Part shown: positions 9,842 through 19,888 of the stretch, piece by piece
Layout of the letters: every line of letters starts with the position of its first letter
Position numbering within the stretch: the stretch's first letter is position 1
Assembly (NCBI GenBank): GCA_050010755.1
Contig: JBEKKK010000001.1
Coordinates: 768,001 to 832,000, forward strand
Direction: 5' to 3'
Source of the DNA: Candidatus Bathyarchaeia archaeon
GTDB lineage: Archaea > Thermoproteota > Bathyarchaeia > Bathyarchaeales > Bathycorpusculaceae
Length of the DNA stretch: 64,000 nucleotides
The notes under the pieces: generated by a model
Databases searched by the model: none
The model's input: the letters and a program-made list of their open reading frames with translations, nothing else
What the model was told of the DNA's origin: nothing
Translations under genes and position numbers: made by a program

Positions 9842-11391
9842 TTAGAAGTATTTGGTGGCGGAGCGCATCTCGGCCGTGAGTTTCGTTGACTCCTTGTCAA
9901 CGTGTTTGATTATTGCTTGTCTGAGAGGTTCGCCCATAAGTTTTGAGAGTCTTTCTTTCTTCAGATTTTGCTCCAATGCTGGGTCATGAAGCGACTTCAG
10001 AGCCCACTGTTCGAAGTCTCCTCGGTTGTTGTGGAATTCCAGGGATTTCATGCTCACGTTGCGAATGGCCTTTGTGAAGCCTTTCAGGCTCCAGGCCGTT
10101 GTTCCTGTGAAGTGCTTTTCTCCTACGCCCGTATAGAATCGGAAGGGTTCGTCCGCGACTACGGCGGCGAGTCTGACTCTGTTTTCGAAGTCCAGTATTG
10201 CTGCTTGCGCGGTTACGAAGGCGTCCATAGGTGTGCTGTAGGGGCTGAAGTACGAGTGGACCTCGCCAGGCGAGCCTCCGGCGGTGAACATGTAATAGAG
10301 GTGGTCGCTTGTCTGGAAATATCGCCACGTTCTCAGGAATTCTTTGTCCTCAGTTTCCCTGACGAAGGGTTCCAACCGTCTCAATGTCGTGTAGAAAGCC
10401 CACTGCAGGGTGTTTCCGAGCCAGCAGCTCGCGTCTCTCTCTCCAGATCCGCCCATGAGACTGTTCCTCCGAGCTCTGGGACGTCGATTTCTCCTGCGGG
10501 GACGTGTTTCTGTGCTGCTTCGGAGGGCGTGGTCATTTGGAGGTTCCACCACTTCAGTATTTCAGGCGGCAAGTGTCTCAGGAAGTCGTGAATGCCGGTT
10601 TCGGGCCAGTGGTGTTCTCCGAAGGTCTCGTAGTCTGGGAAGATGTTGATGCAGTCGCCAGGCGTTGCTGCTAGCCAACTCGCGTATTTGTCCGCGGTCA
10701 ATGGCCACTCGTTCCACCATCTCGCCGAGAACCTGAAGCCTATGTCGTCTGTGAGCTTGTAGTTTCGCAGGAGTATCTTGATTTTTTTCAGGCCTTTGGG
10801 CAGGTAGAGGTGGTTCGGCGATTTTCCATGGAGAATTCTTTCCACGCCTTCGGTGAAGATTCCTTTGTAACCTAGCTTTTCAACTGTTCTCGCGACGGCG
10901 TTGTTGTAGAGCAGCTCCGTGTTCTCGAAGACTGTTGACTTGTAGTCCAGCAGGTCTCTCATAACCTGCTGATGCATCTTCACCTGATCGATGAATTCTT
11001 CTCTCTCGGGGTAGAGGCTTGCCAGGGAGTGATAGTAGGTTTGGCTCAGGAACTCCACTTGGCCAGAATCTGCGAGTTGTTTGAACGTTTCCAGAAGGTC
11101 CTTGTTGAACATTTCGCACTGTTCCAGAAAGACGCCTGAGAGGCTGAACGAGAATTTGGGCTTTTTCTTTTCTCCTTTGTACCTGTCGATGAGTTCGAGC
11201 AGTATGCTGTTCGAGGGAAAGTAGCATTTTCTGCTTGTCCTTTCAAAAACTTCTCTGTTCATCGCGCTGTCAAAGTAGTAGTCGAAGTAGTCTTTTTTGG
11301 CAACGCGTTCGAACATTTTGCTTTCCCAAAAGAAGCTTCGTTTTATTCTGTGTGGTTGATGGACCTCAAAAACAAGAACAACGTCTGTCAA
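9842..11391 (-). pseudogene. GH57 alpha-amylase/amylopullulanase with C-terminal DUF5752-like domain, frameshifted at 10434-10443
   Basis: Two frames (10381..11391 and 9842..10552) together align end to end with the intact paralog 39937..41469. Motifs 'HQP', 'NTEL', 'DYETFGEHHW'. The shift lies in a (GA)5 tract. Confidence 0.88.
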
Positions 11392-11478
11392 ACCTTTGTC
11401 CTCTGTGCCTTTATCGGTTAATCGTTTATTTCTTGTTTGCTGTCAGGGGAGCAGGCGTGGTTAGACAGGGGCGGCTGG

Positions 11479-12258
11479 TCATATTTCGAATTTGTCTATT
11501 ATCTTTCTCTCTCTTTCTCCTGTTATTTCGGCGATGACGTGGATGTACGGTTGAAGTCCCGAGTTTTCGATTCTGGGTTTGAGGAGTTCGTCTATTTGGA
11601 AGACTCCAGCGGAGTTTGACATTGTTATTCTTATCGTTACGGGTTTCGGTTCGCTTTCTTGGATGCTAACCTTTTCGATAGACAATGCGGAGACGGAGTG
11701 AATGTCAACTTTTCCAGCTTGGAACGGTATGCGAGCTCTTCCCTCTTCCATGTCCAAGGCGTCGGCAATGCGCACGATGCCCGCTTCAATTGTTAGGGGT
11801 TTGACTGGGTTCTCGTGTGCGACTATGCAGTGCAACACTTCGGAAAGGATGATGGTGCGTTCCTCCTCAGAGTAGACGGCTTGCAAGTATTTTTCGATGA
11901 GTTGCGAGGCCAGAAGCGCGCTATAATACGCGTGTCCCTCCCTTAGAACTGTCATACCGAGATCGTGGAAGATTGAGCCTAACACGACGACCACTTCGGC
12001 GTCGTCGTTTTTCATGTTGTAGTTTTTGACGATGCTGGGTACGACTTTTTTGTCAATCAGTATTCTGAGGATTTTGAGGGCAACGTTGGAGACGATTTTC
12101 ACGTGGGTGGGCCCGTGATCCGTGTAGCCCATGCGGTCGATGGCCATCACGTTTGCGCATCTCCATAGAGTCTGCAGCTTGGTGTCTTTCTTGACTTCCT
12201 CGATTACATGCTTCAGCTTCTGATTGTCACGAAACGGGATGTTGAAAACGTACGACAT
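11479..12258 (-). CDS. HD-domain metal-dependent phosphohydrolase
   Basis: 'YTDHGPTH', 'FHDLG', 'AH', 'ADALD'. Confidence 0.88.
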   Translation of the reverse strand: MSYVFNIPFRDNQKLKHVIEEVKKDTKLQTLWRCANVMAIDRMGYTDHGPTHVKIVSNVALKILRILIDKKVVPSIVKNYNMKNDDAEVVVVLGSIFHDLGMTVLREGHAYYSALLASQLIEKYLQAVYSEEERTIILSEVLHCIVAHENPVKPLTIEAGIVRIADALDMEEGRARIPFQAGKVDIHSVSALSIEKVSIQESEPKPVTIRITMSNSAGVFQIDELLKPRIENSGLQPYIHVIAEITGERERKIIDKFEI

Positions 12259-12352
12259 TCCATCCGAGCCTATGCTCTTTTCTCATTCATATCCTCATGC
12301 GAGAATTTAAACAATTAGCTTACAGGCGCAGCCTGAGAAGGCGTAACTTTTG

Positions 12353-12787
12353 CTAGGATCGTTTCAGCTTTGGTCGGGTGTAGATTTCGATTACGTAGTT
12401 GTCCGGATCACAGTATGATACGGCGAAGTATCCCTGCTCAAATTCGGGATGCTCTTCGCAGGGAAACAGGGCTTTGAACCCGTTTTCCATCATCATTTTC
12501 TCGACAGCTTCAACGTTTCCCTTTTCTGGCACTAGAATCGCCAGGTGATCAGCTACAACAAACTCTTCTCCCGTGGGGCGGTCGCGTTTGACTCTTGGTT
12601 TTTGCGAGCTGCCAAGCCATACTTGAAAGTTTTGATTGGAGAATCCTGCTCCATCTTCCTCGTCCATTATCATGGAAAATCCTAGCCCTTCTAACAAGGT
12701 CTTGTAAAACTTTTTGGAACGGGTCAAATTGGAAACTTCGATTCCGACATGACCGACTACTGTTTGAGTCTGCTTGTTTGAAGCCAT
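12353..12787 (-). CDS. VOC/glyoxalase family protein
   Basis: 'HVGIEVSNL..SKKFY', 'HLAI', 'DPDNYVIEI'. Confidence 0.85.
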   Translation of the reverse strand: MASNKQTQTVVGHVGIEVSNLTRSKKFYKTLLEGLGFSMIMDEEDGAGFSNQNFQVWLGSSQKPRVKRDRPTGEEFVVADHLAILVPEKGNVEAVEKMMMENGFKALFPCEEHPEFEQGYFAVSYCDPDNYVIEIYTRPKLKRS

Positions 12788-12934
12788 AACCCCACGCTCG
12801 GCATGATTGATGTTATTGCTTACTTAAATCACTTTTACAGATGAGCAAGACCAGTGTCGCGGTCCTCATGGGAACTCGGCCCTTCCGCGAATCTTTTAAT
12901 AAACACGGTTTCTTCATTGGATTGCGTTGGGACC

Positions 12935-13270
12935 ATGGCGTATTTGCGGAAAGACGATGAGACGGTGGAGATAGACCACCCTCTGTGGAAAGTTTGGGCG
13001 GGTACCCAAAACGCGCTTAAGATTCTGCAATGGAGTACTGAACAAGTTGATGAGGCTGCACATCGTGTTAAGGCAAAGACGAAAGCAGGCCCATGGTCGT
13101 GGGGTTCAATACTTTTAATCAACGTAACTCCCGTAAACGAGAGCACGACGAGGGTTTCAGTTGCGGCAGAGACGACGATTACCATGATTACGGCGATAAT
13201 TGATTTTGGCCAAGGAAGAAGACGCATAGGTCAATTCTTCGCGGAACTGGCGAAACAATTAGCCAGCTGA
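12935..13270 (+). CDS. Hypothetical protein
   Basis: Compact alpha/beta ORF from ATG 12935 (MAYLRKDDETVEI...). Confidence 0.6.
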   Translation: MAYLRKDDETVEIDHPLWKVWAGTQNALKILQWSTEQVDEAAHRVKAKTKAGPWSWGSILLINVTPVNESTTRVSVAAETTITMITAIIDFGQGRRRIGQFFAELAKQLAS

Positions 13271-13312
13271 TGATTTATCAAAGCGTGCGCGCTTGGCAGC
13301 TGCGTTATCGGT

Positions 13313-14065
13313 CTAGGAATGCGTTTTCGGGAAGATCTTGATGTCAAACCCTTGAACCGAGTACTCGTAACGTTGATAGCTCTGTGGGTTGTACCGCCAC
13401 CCGGCTTTTTTGACTTCTAAGAATCTTTTTCCGCCTTCCCTCGATAGGTTCACAACAACCTGCGTTATGTGCTCGATTATCGCACAGAACTCTTTGGGGT
13501 GCGCATCTCTGACTATCGTCCAATAGGCTAAGGTCTTGTATGCGTACAGTGCTGGGCAGACGTGCCCAAAGAATCCTTTGACCGCGTCACTTCCCCAAAT
13601 GTGCTGCATCATGGATAAACTGTTGAAAACGAGCCTTGCACTGGGTGTTACGAATTCTCTTTCGATTCTACCGAAGAATTTGTGGAATTGTTCTGGATCT
13701 TTTGAGGTTGGAACTTTTCGCATCCAAGAGGGCGCCGTATCGTAGAAGTCATTGAATATCAATTCGCCCTGACCTGAAGATTCAGAGAAGCAGTCCAGCA
13801 CAAGGAATCTGTCCTCCCAGCCCTGCGGGAAAGTTTTGACGAGAGGAGTCAATTGGAGAATAAGGGCTTGAGGAGGATACATGAAGTCAAGGTATATGAT
13901 TTGGTTCTTGTCCACGACTCCTTGCTTCATAAAAGTGTAGAGGAACTCCCTTGCAAACGTTCCCGATTCTACCTCAAACACCACATTCTCGCCGATGTAG
14001 AGGCCCCCGCCCAAGAGCTTATCTAGAGTTTTGATACCTGTGGAGAACGTGCCAGTGTTGTTCAT
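13313..14065 (-). CDS. KaiC/RecA-superfamily ATPase-like protein with degenerate Walker motifs
   Basis: 'STGIKTLDKLLGGGL' N-terminus; Walker A position reads 'EVESGTFAR'; Walker B-like 'RLVFNSLS'; 'FLEVKKA'. Confidence 0.8.
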   Translation of the reverse strand: MNNTGTFSTGIKTLDKLLGGGLYIGENVVFEVESGTFAREFLYTFMKQGVVDKNQIIYLDFMYPPQALILQLTPLVKTFPQGWEDRFLVLDCFSESSGQGELIFNDFYDTAPSWMRKVPTSKDPEQFHKFFGRIEREFVTPSARLVFNSLSMMQHIWGSDAVKGFFGHVCPALYAYKTLAYWTIVRDAHPKEFCAIIEHITQVVVNLSREGGKRFLEVKKAGWRYNPQSYQRYEYSVQGFDIKIFPKTHS

Positions 14066-14218
14066 TTTTGACAGTCATTCCCAGCCTTTGCTTTGAATAT
14101 CCACTGATAATAATGTTTAGGTATGTTCCACGGTGTTCATGTGTGTACACTATGCACATAACCCTTGTATATTTGAACATTGCTTTGGTGTATCCTACAG
14201 AATGGAGGCATGAAAAGA

Positions 14219-16003
14219 ATGTTGACTTCAGTAGAGCTTTCAGGAAGAGAACTCGGAATGATAAAGCTGATGGCTGACTTCTTCGCTGAAAAACCAGAGC
14301 TAGTAGCAAAAATCGAGAGCTACACAACGGCCCACTATGCACTGATGACGACATACTCGGAGAACTTCGGTGTCCCTGTAGAAGACGCTTGGAAGGTCTT
14401 CGAGGAGGTTGAGAGGAAGATCAACGAGGCAGAATACATACGCGTTGAGGCACCGTATCCATTGAAGAAGTGGTACAGTCTGTCCAAAGAAGAAATAAAC
14501 ATGATGCGCGTCTTGTGCGACTACTTCTCAGCAAACCCTAAGATGAGCCCCGAGAGCGCCTTTGCCGCGACCAGAACAGAATCAATCATAGAGGCCTATA
14601 AATGGTTCTTCGGAACCACAGAGGGCAACGGCGAATATGCTAGAGAGAGCTACCGAAATCTTGTTGAGAAAACGCAAACGGCACTGTCGGTCAAGCTGGA
14701 AACACTGGCCTCGGTTGTAGCAACGCCAAACCCTTACGAAGCCGTCCTCAAGCTCCTGCAAATCGCCGGAGAGAAGTTGAAGCTAGACCCAGGAGTGCAT
14801 GAAGTCCTAAAGCGCCCCATGCGAACCATCATCGTTAATGTTCCAACCACGATGGACGACGGAAGCATAAGAGTCTTCACTGGCTATCGTGTCCAATACA
14901 ACGATGTCTTAGGTCCGACAAAAGGCGGTACAAGATATCACCCTGACCTGACGTTGGACGAGGTCATCGCGCTGGCCGCATGGATGACGCTGAAAACCGC
15001 TCTAACAGGGCTTCCTCTTGGGGGCGGCAAAGGTGGAATACGCTGCAACCCGAAAGAAATGTCCCCCGGGGAACTGGAAAGATTAACCCGAGGCTACACA
15101 CGGGCATTGGCAAGATTCATCGGACCACGCTCAGACGTACCCGCACCAGATGTTTACACAGACTCTCAAACAATGGCATGGATAATGGACGAGTATAGCC
15201 AGATAGTGGGATACAACGCCTTTGGAGTCGTGACGGGAAAGCCAGTTGACGTAGGAGGTTCACTTGGAAGAAACGAGGCAACATCTCGAGGCTTGATGTA
15301 CACCATAATCGAGGCAGCGAAGCACCTAAGCATAGAGCTTCAAGGGGCAACAGTTGCGGTTCAAGGATTCGGGAACGTGGGCTTTCACTCAGCCATGCTG
15401 CTCCATGAACTCGGTTGCAAGATAGTTGCAGTCTCAGACTCCAGAGGTGCGATACTTGATCCTGATGGGCTGAACCCAGCAAAAGTCCTGGAACACAAGA
15501 ACAAAACAGGCTCCGTTACAGGCTACAAGAATTGCAAAGCGCTCTCGAACAAAGAATTGCTAGAGTTGGAATGTGACATCCTCGTCCCATCAGCCATGGA
15601 AAACCAGATAACCACGGCAAACGCAGGCAAAATCAAGGCGAAAATCGTGGCTGAAGGCGCAAACGGACCAACCACGCCAGACGCGGACGAAACACTGTAC
15701 AGAAACGGAGTGTTCGTTATCCCTGATGTTTTGGCCAACTCGGGCGGCGTAATAGTCAGCTACTTTGAACAAGTGCAGAACCAAATGAACTACTATTGGA
15801 CCGAGGAGGAAGTGCGGAGCAAACTGAAGAGCGCGATAGTCAATGCATTCAAAGATGTTTTCGCAGTGTCCGAACAGTACAAGGTGAACATGCGAATAGC
15901 AGCCTACATGAACGCTGTAAAGAGACTTGCCGATGCAATGTCATTCCGCAACAGGAAAACCTTCGTTCCAGTCGCCGAGATAAATAACGTCACAGTCAAA
16001 TGA
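14219..16003 (+). CDS. gdhA: Glu/Leu/Phe/Val (glutamate) dehydrogenase with a ~170-aa N-terminal extension
   Basis: 'GPTKGG', 'GGGKGG', 'DVPAPD', 'QGFGNVG', 'EGANGP'. Core starts near 14729 (NPYE). GGAGG at 14204-14208 favours ATG 14219. Confidence 0.9.
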   Translation: MLTSVELSGRELGMIKLMADFFAEKPELVAKIESYTTAHYALMTTYSENFGVPVEDAWKVFEEVERKINEAEYIRVEAPYPLKKWYSLSKEEINMMRVLCDYFSANPKMSPESAFAATRTESIIEAYKWFFGTTEGNGEYARESYRNLVEKTQTALSVKLETLASVVATPNPYEAVLKLLQIAGEKLKLDPGVHEVLKRPMRTIIVNVPTTMDDGSIRVFTGYRVQYNDVLGPTKGGTRYHPDLTLDEVIALAAWMTLKTALTGLPLGGGKGGIRCNPKEMSPGELERLTRGYTRALARFIGPRSDVPAPDVYTDSQTMAWIMDEYSQIVGYNAFGVVTGKPVDVGGSLGRNEATSRGLMYTIIEAAKHLSIELQGATVAVQGFGNVGFHSAMLLHELGCKIVAVSDSRGAILDPDGLNPAKVLEHKNKTGSVTGYKNCKALSNKELLELECDILVPSAMENQITTANAGKIKAKIVAEGANGPTTPDADETLYRNGVFVIPDVLANSGGVIVSYFEQVQNQMNYYWTEEEVRSKLKSAIVNAFKDVFAVSEQYKVNMRIAAYMNAVKRLADAMSFRNRKTFVPVAEINNVTVK

Positions 16004-16099
16004 CCTCATTCCCCTATTTTTTACTTCCTATGTACATATCCTGCTTTTCGCTGAACATGACTTAAAAGAGACAAGCGGAGAGCATAGAGCTGTGAGAGA

Positions 16100-18031
16100 A
16101 TGTCGATTCATCTCCACACCACGATAACAAGAAAGACAAACGAAATGCTCGAAGAACTGGCAAAGACGTACGGCACCAAAAGCCACGTTCTTGAACAAGC
16201 CATAGAGACACTGCTAAGAGTTGAAAAAGTCGGCTCCTGCGACGATTGTGCAGTGAAGACAAAGATGAAAGAGCAGACAAATCTAAGAGAAGCGCTGGAC
16301 CTCATGTCTATTGACAAGCACACCATTGACAGTCTTTTGGAAGTAGCCATCGGCAACAAGACGATGAAAGACTTCGTCGCTGGACAGAAAGCAGAAGCAA
16401 AGAACACCGTCGAAATCCTGAAAGGCTCTGTTGCATGGCGAAAGCCCTCAAGCTTCAAAGAATTCATGATTATTCTGGAAGAGATAAAGAATCTCACCAG
16501 ACTCATCGACATCGCATCATTCAATGAACTAGACAACACTATAATCTTGAGAACAAGAGTTTTCAAGCAACTACCAGAGATCGCCGCCTTCCAGATAGCA
16601 ACTGTCCTTGAAGGCTTGCAAATTCCATTCGACATGCGGGTCATGGGAGAAGATATCGTGATCAAAATGACCAGAGAGGACCTTTACCTTATGAAGAAGA
16701 AGGACTTCAGAGAGTCCCTGAGCGAACAAATCGAAAAGCGGCTGCTCAACTCCATTCCGGGGCTTTTCAGAAACACGCTTATGCTGGTCGGGCCTGCTTT
16801 CATGAACTGGGCTGAAAAACACCTTGAAGAACCAATATCCGACTTCGGCTCTTTCCTTGAAGACGTCAGAGTTGCCACAGACTTGGGAGAACTCCCGAAA
16901 GAACCAAAAGAATTCGTGAAGAGTCTGCTGTCTGCCTTCATCAACATGAATTGGTTCAAGCAAGCAAAGATTCTGCAAGAGACCGACAACACCATGGAGG
17001 TCTCGTTTCAATCCACCACCACATCGGTGACGAAACTCTCCGTCGTGATGCTCTCCGTTCTCCTCGCAACCCGAGGCTGGAAATTGGTCAATTTTTCAGC
17101 AGAACAAACCACGGCCAACATCTCAATACAGTACGTGGGTTCTGGAGACTCTAGCCTGATGGACCAGATAGTCGAAGTCAGCCTGTATCAGACAATCGGC
17201 AAGCAGTTCCTAGACGCCATCCCAGTCCCGCGCGAGCTCTTGAACTCGTTTGCTTCAAAAGTGTACGACAGCAACAAGGAGAAATTCAACGAGATTTACC
17301 AGACGATGGGTGTTCGCGTAGCAAATGCTATACGGATGATGGCAAGAGACGACCCGGAAAAAATGAGAAAACTGGCGCAAACCTACGTCTCCAAGAACGC
17401 AGCATTCGCTCAGCCTGAAGCAGAAATCCGGTTTGTCGACAGCGAGCATTTCACGATAATTTTCAAGAAGATCGACCTGCTCGCAATTAACAGTCAGCGC
17501 GCGCTCGTCGAGTCCATGTTCAAGGAGCTCGGTTACGACATCTCCACAACGGTCTTCCAAAATCTTCTAAGCTTCAAGCTTAAGCAACTGGAAAAACCGG
17601 TTCTTGAATCCGTACCTCGCAAGAAAATGATGAAGGCCTTGATAGGTGAAATGTCGGCAAGCTGTGCTGATGAAGCTTTCGAAAATGGTAAAGGAACCAT
17701 TGATGAAACTTTTCCAGAGGACTATCCGTGGACGATTAGAGAAGTTGGGGATAGGATAATGGAGATGTACAGGGAACTCGACGTTGAGGTCGAAGTTGAA
17801 TACTTTGAGGGAGGCTTCACACTCAAGTACAAAACATGCCCCTACTACACGCTCGTCAAGTCAGGCCAGAAAACATGGCTCTGCAGTCTGCGAAAGAAAA
17901 CCCTAGACTACGTCATCTCCAGAGTCTCGCACGGAAAGAAAGCTAAAATAAAAATCATCAAGTCGCTGCTGAAGAACGAGCATCCATGCGAATACGCCGT
18001 GTTCCTAACAGGATTCTTGGAAGACAGCTAG
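16100..18031 (+). CDS. Putative regulator: N-terminal ribbon-helix-helix + CxxC + tandem V4R/TRAPP-like domains
   Basis: RHH pattern 'IHLHTTI-RKTNEMLEELAKTYG-TKSHVLEQAI'; 'CDDC'; C-terminal 'TLKYKTCPY...WLC...HPCEY' as in Cys-containing V4R/MetOD1-like domains. Confidence 0.6.
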   Translation: MSIHLHTTITRKTNEMLEELAKTYGTKSHVLEQAIETLLRVEKVGSCDDCAVKTKMKEQTNLREALDLMSIDKHTIDSLLEVAIGNKTMKDFVAGQKAEAKNTVEILKGSVAWRKPSSFKEFMIILEEIKNLTRLIDIASFNELDNTIILRTRVFKQLPEIAAFQIATVLEGLQIPFDMRVMGEDIVIKMTREDLYLMKKKDFRESLSEQIEKRLLNSIPGLFRNTLMLVGPAFMNWAEKHLEEPISDFGSFLEDVRVATDLGELPKEPKEFVKSLLSAFINMNWFKQAKILQETDNTMEVSFQSTTTSVTKLSVVMLSVLLATRGWKLVNFSAEQTTANISIQYVGSGDSSLMDQIVEVSLYQTIGKQFLDAIPVPRELLNSFASKVYDSNKEKFNEIYQTMGVRVANAIRMMARDDPEKMRKLAQTYVSKNAAFAQPEAEIRFVDSEHFTIIFKKIDLLAINSQRALVESMFKELGYDISTTVFQNLLSFKLKQLEKPVLESVPRKKMMKALIGEMSASCADEAFENGKGTIDETFPEDYPWTIREVGDRIMEMYRELDVEVEVEYFEGGFTLKYKTCPYYTLVKSGQKTWLCSLRKKTLDYVISRVSHGKKAKIKIIKSLLKNEHPCEYAVFLTGFLEDS

Positions 18032-18106
18032 GACGCGCACGTCGCCTAGACGCCCGCTAAGCTGTTCTGGCCGCGGCTTTTTCCAGTGCGGCGTGATAAT
18101 TGCGTT

Positions 18107-19591
18107 CTAGGAGTTGCTGTTGTGTGGGAGTAGTATGGCTCCTGTTCCGGGTGGGGCGGCTTGTTGGCTTGCGAGGCAGGCTAGGGCTAGGGCGAAGAGT
18201 TGATCGTCGTGTCGGCCGGGTGGGTGCCAGAATTTGAGGTGGATTCTTTCTCGTGCTGTTTTCGGTTGCAGGTACTCGTATTGTTGCTCGTTCATCTGGG
18301 TTACTAGTTGTCGGTCATCGGCGGGGATTTTGAGCAGGTTTTTTTCCATCAGGATTTTGAGGTGGTTGAGCATGTTTTCTTTTTCGATGTCGGTGAAGAA
18401 GACTCCGTTGACGTGTCCGACTTGGATGGCTTGGAGTTCGTCGACTACTGCGTCCCCTATGCCTGTTTTGTCTACGTAGAGGCTTTCGAAGTTGAAGATT
18501 TGGTGGGCTCTGGTCGCGTAGGCTACGACGCTGGGGTAGGGCGTGTCGAGGGGCAGCTGGCGTTTGTGAACGAGTCTAACTTCGCCTTTTTCGTTTTTTT
18601 GCACGATGACTAGGACGCTGTAGTCGACTTGTTTGCCGAGGTCCAAGCCGGCGTAGTGGGGTCCCTTGAGTTTTTGCGGGTTTGCTTTTTCGATGTCTTC
18701 GATGTAGACGACGGGCGATTTTGGGTTGCCGAGTTCTGGGTCTAAGCACTGGGCGATGAGGTCTAGAGGAAAGAACGTGTGGAGGGCTTCTGTCCAGAGG
18801 GCTTCTACTTCGCGTTTCCATTCTTCCTGTGTCATGACGTCGTGCCATTCGGCGAGTTGTTGGGGGCTTACGAGGGGGCTTGAGTGGCTTGGGTAGTGGT
18901 GGACCGAGTAGTGTGTCTTGTCGAGGAAGGTTTTGTGGAAGACGTGGTTGAAGGCCATGGGTGTGCCGCTCATGACTAGGCCGGCGTTGGGTTTGGTGAG
19001 CATCATCATTATTTCGCTGGTGATCATTTCGCTGGGAACGATGCTGGCTTCGTCTATGAACACCCAGTCTGGATGGTAGCCTCTGAGCTTGTCTGGGGAG
19101 CATGGGAGGGCGACGAGTCTTCCGCCAAGGGGCGGTCTGAGTTTGATGATGGTGCGGGTTGTTCCTGGACGCTGAATCATCTCCTTCATGAGCGGGTTGG
19201 CCATGACGGTGGAGTAGCAGTAGTCGAACATTATCATGCTCTGACGCTGAGTGCTGCTTACGATTAGACACTCTACCTTGGGCTTCGTGAACAGCAGCCA
19301 CAGGTTCTTCCTGCTTAAAACTAGGCTTTTGCCCCAGCCTCTTCCGCAAGCGGCAACGGTTCGCGGGCTTGAGTCTCTGAGCAGTTTCTGATGGTCTGGA
19401 GCTTGAACGAGCCACTTGTCTCCGCACATGAGCACGGCGAAGAAGACAGGATCATCGACGAGCCTGCGCGCCACTTGGGCATAGGAGAGGAGCTGTCTTA
19501 ACGCCTTCGGCTTTTGCCTCAGCCCTTCAGAAACCGAAGCCGCAAACTCTAGATCCGTGGTTACCTTTTCCGCGAAAGCCTTCTCTTCCAA
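18107..19591 (-). CDS. Terminase large subunit-like protein (ATPase + RNase H-like nuclease)
   Basis: Walker A 'CGRGWGKS', Walker B 'FIDEAS', 'SGTP', nuclease motifs 'GLDLGKQVD', 'DKTGIG', 'HDDQLFALALA'. Confidence 0.88.
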   Translation of the reverse strand: MEEKAFAEKVTTDLEFAASVSEGLRQKPKALRQLLSYAQVARRLVDDPVFFAVLMCGDKWLVQAPDHQKLLRDSSPRTVAACGRGWGKSLVLSRKNLWLLFTKPKVECLIVSSTQRQSMIMFDYCYSTVMANPLMKEMIQRPGTTRTIIKLRPPLGGRLVALPCSPDKLRGYHPDWVFIDEASIVPSEMITSEIMMMLTKPNAGLVMSGTPMAFNHVFHKTFLDKTHYSVHHYPSHSSPLVSPQQLAEWHDVMTQEEWKREVEALWTEALHTFFPLDLIAQCLDPELGNPKSPVVYIEDIEKANPQKLKGPHYAGLDLGKQVDYSVLVIVQKNEKGEVRLVHKRQLPLDTPYPSVVAYATRAHQIFNFESLYVDKTGIGDAVVDELQAIQVGHVNGVFFTDIEKENMLNHLKILMEKNLLKIPADDRQLVTQMNEQQYEYLQPKTARERIHLKFWHPPGRHDDQLFALALACLASQQAAPPGTGAILLPHNSNS

Positions 19592-19866
19592 CGTCCGTAA
19601 TCCACCCTGACTCGTCTTGCGATTCTCGACTCAACGCTTTTGATGAAGTCGCCCAAACTTGTCTCGTTCAACTCGGCGTCCACGCCTTTCTGGGCGAGAA
19701 GCTTGCTCAAAACGCTCGCGTGATAAGCATAGGAGTTTGCTGCGCTGATCTTGTCTTTCGCTGAAAGTTTAGGGTTCTTCATCATGTTCTTCAAGTCGAG
19801 AAGAATTTCCCTTTCATCCTCTATGAGACTTTCAAGATTCACCGAATTCCGATATGTGTGCTCCAA
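19561..19866 (-). CDS. Small helical protein overlapping the terminase start (candidate small terminase subunit)
   Basis: GGGGGAGG precedes TTG 19866; basic C-terminus; 31-nt overlap with the TerL-like gene. Confidence 0.55.
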   Translation of the reverse strand: MEHTYRNSVNLESLIEDEREILLDLKNMMKNPKLSAKDKISAANSYAYHASVLSKLLAQKGVDAELNETSLGDFIKSVESRIARRVRVDYGRWKRRLSRKR

Positions 19867-19888
19867 CGACCTCCCCCCTCGGTCAACG

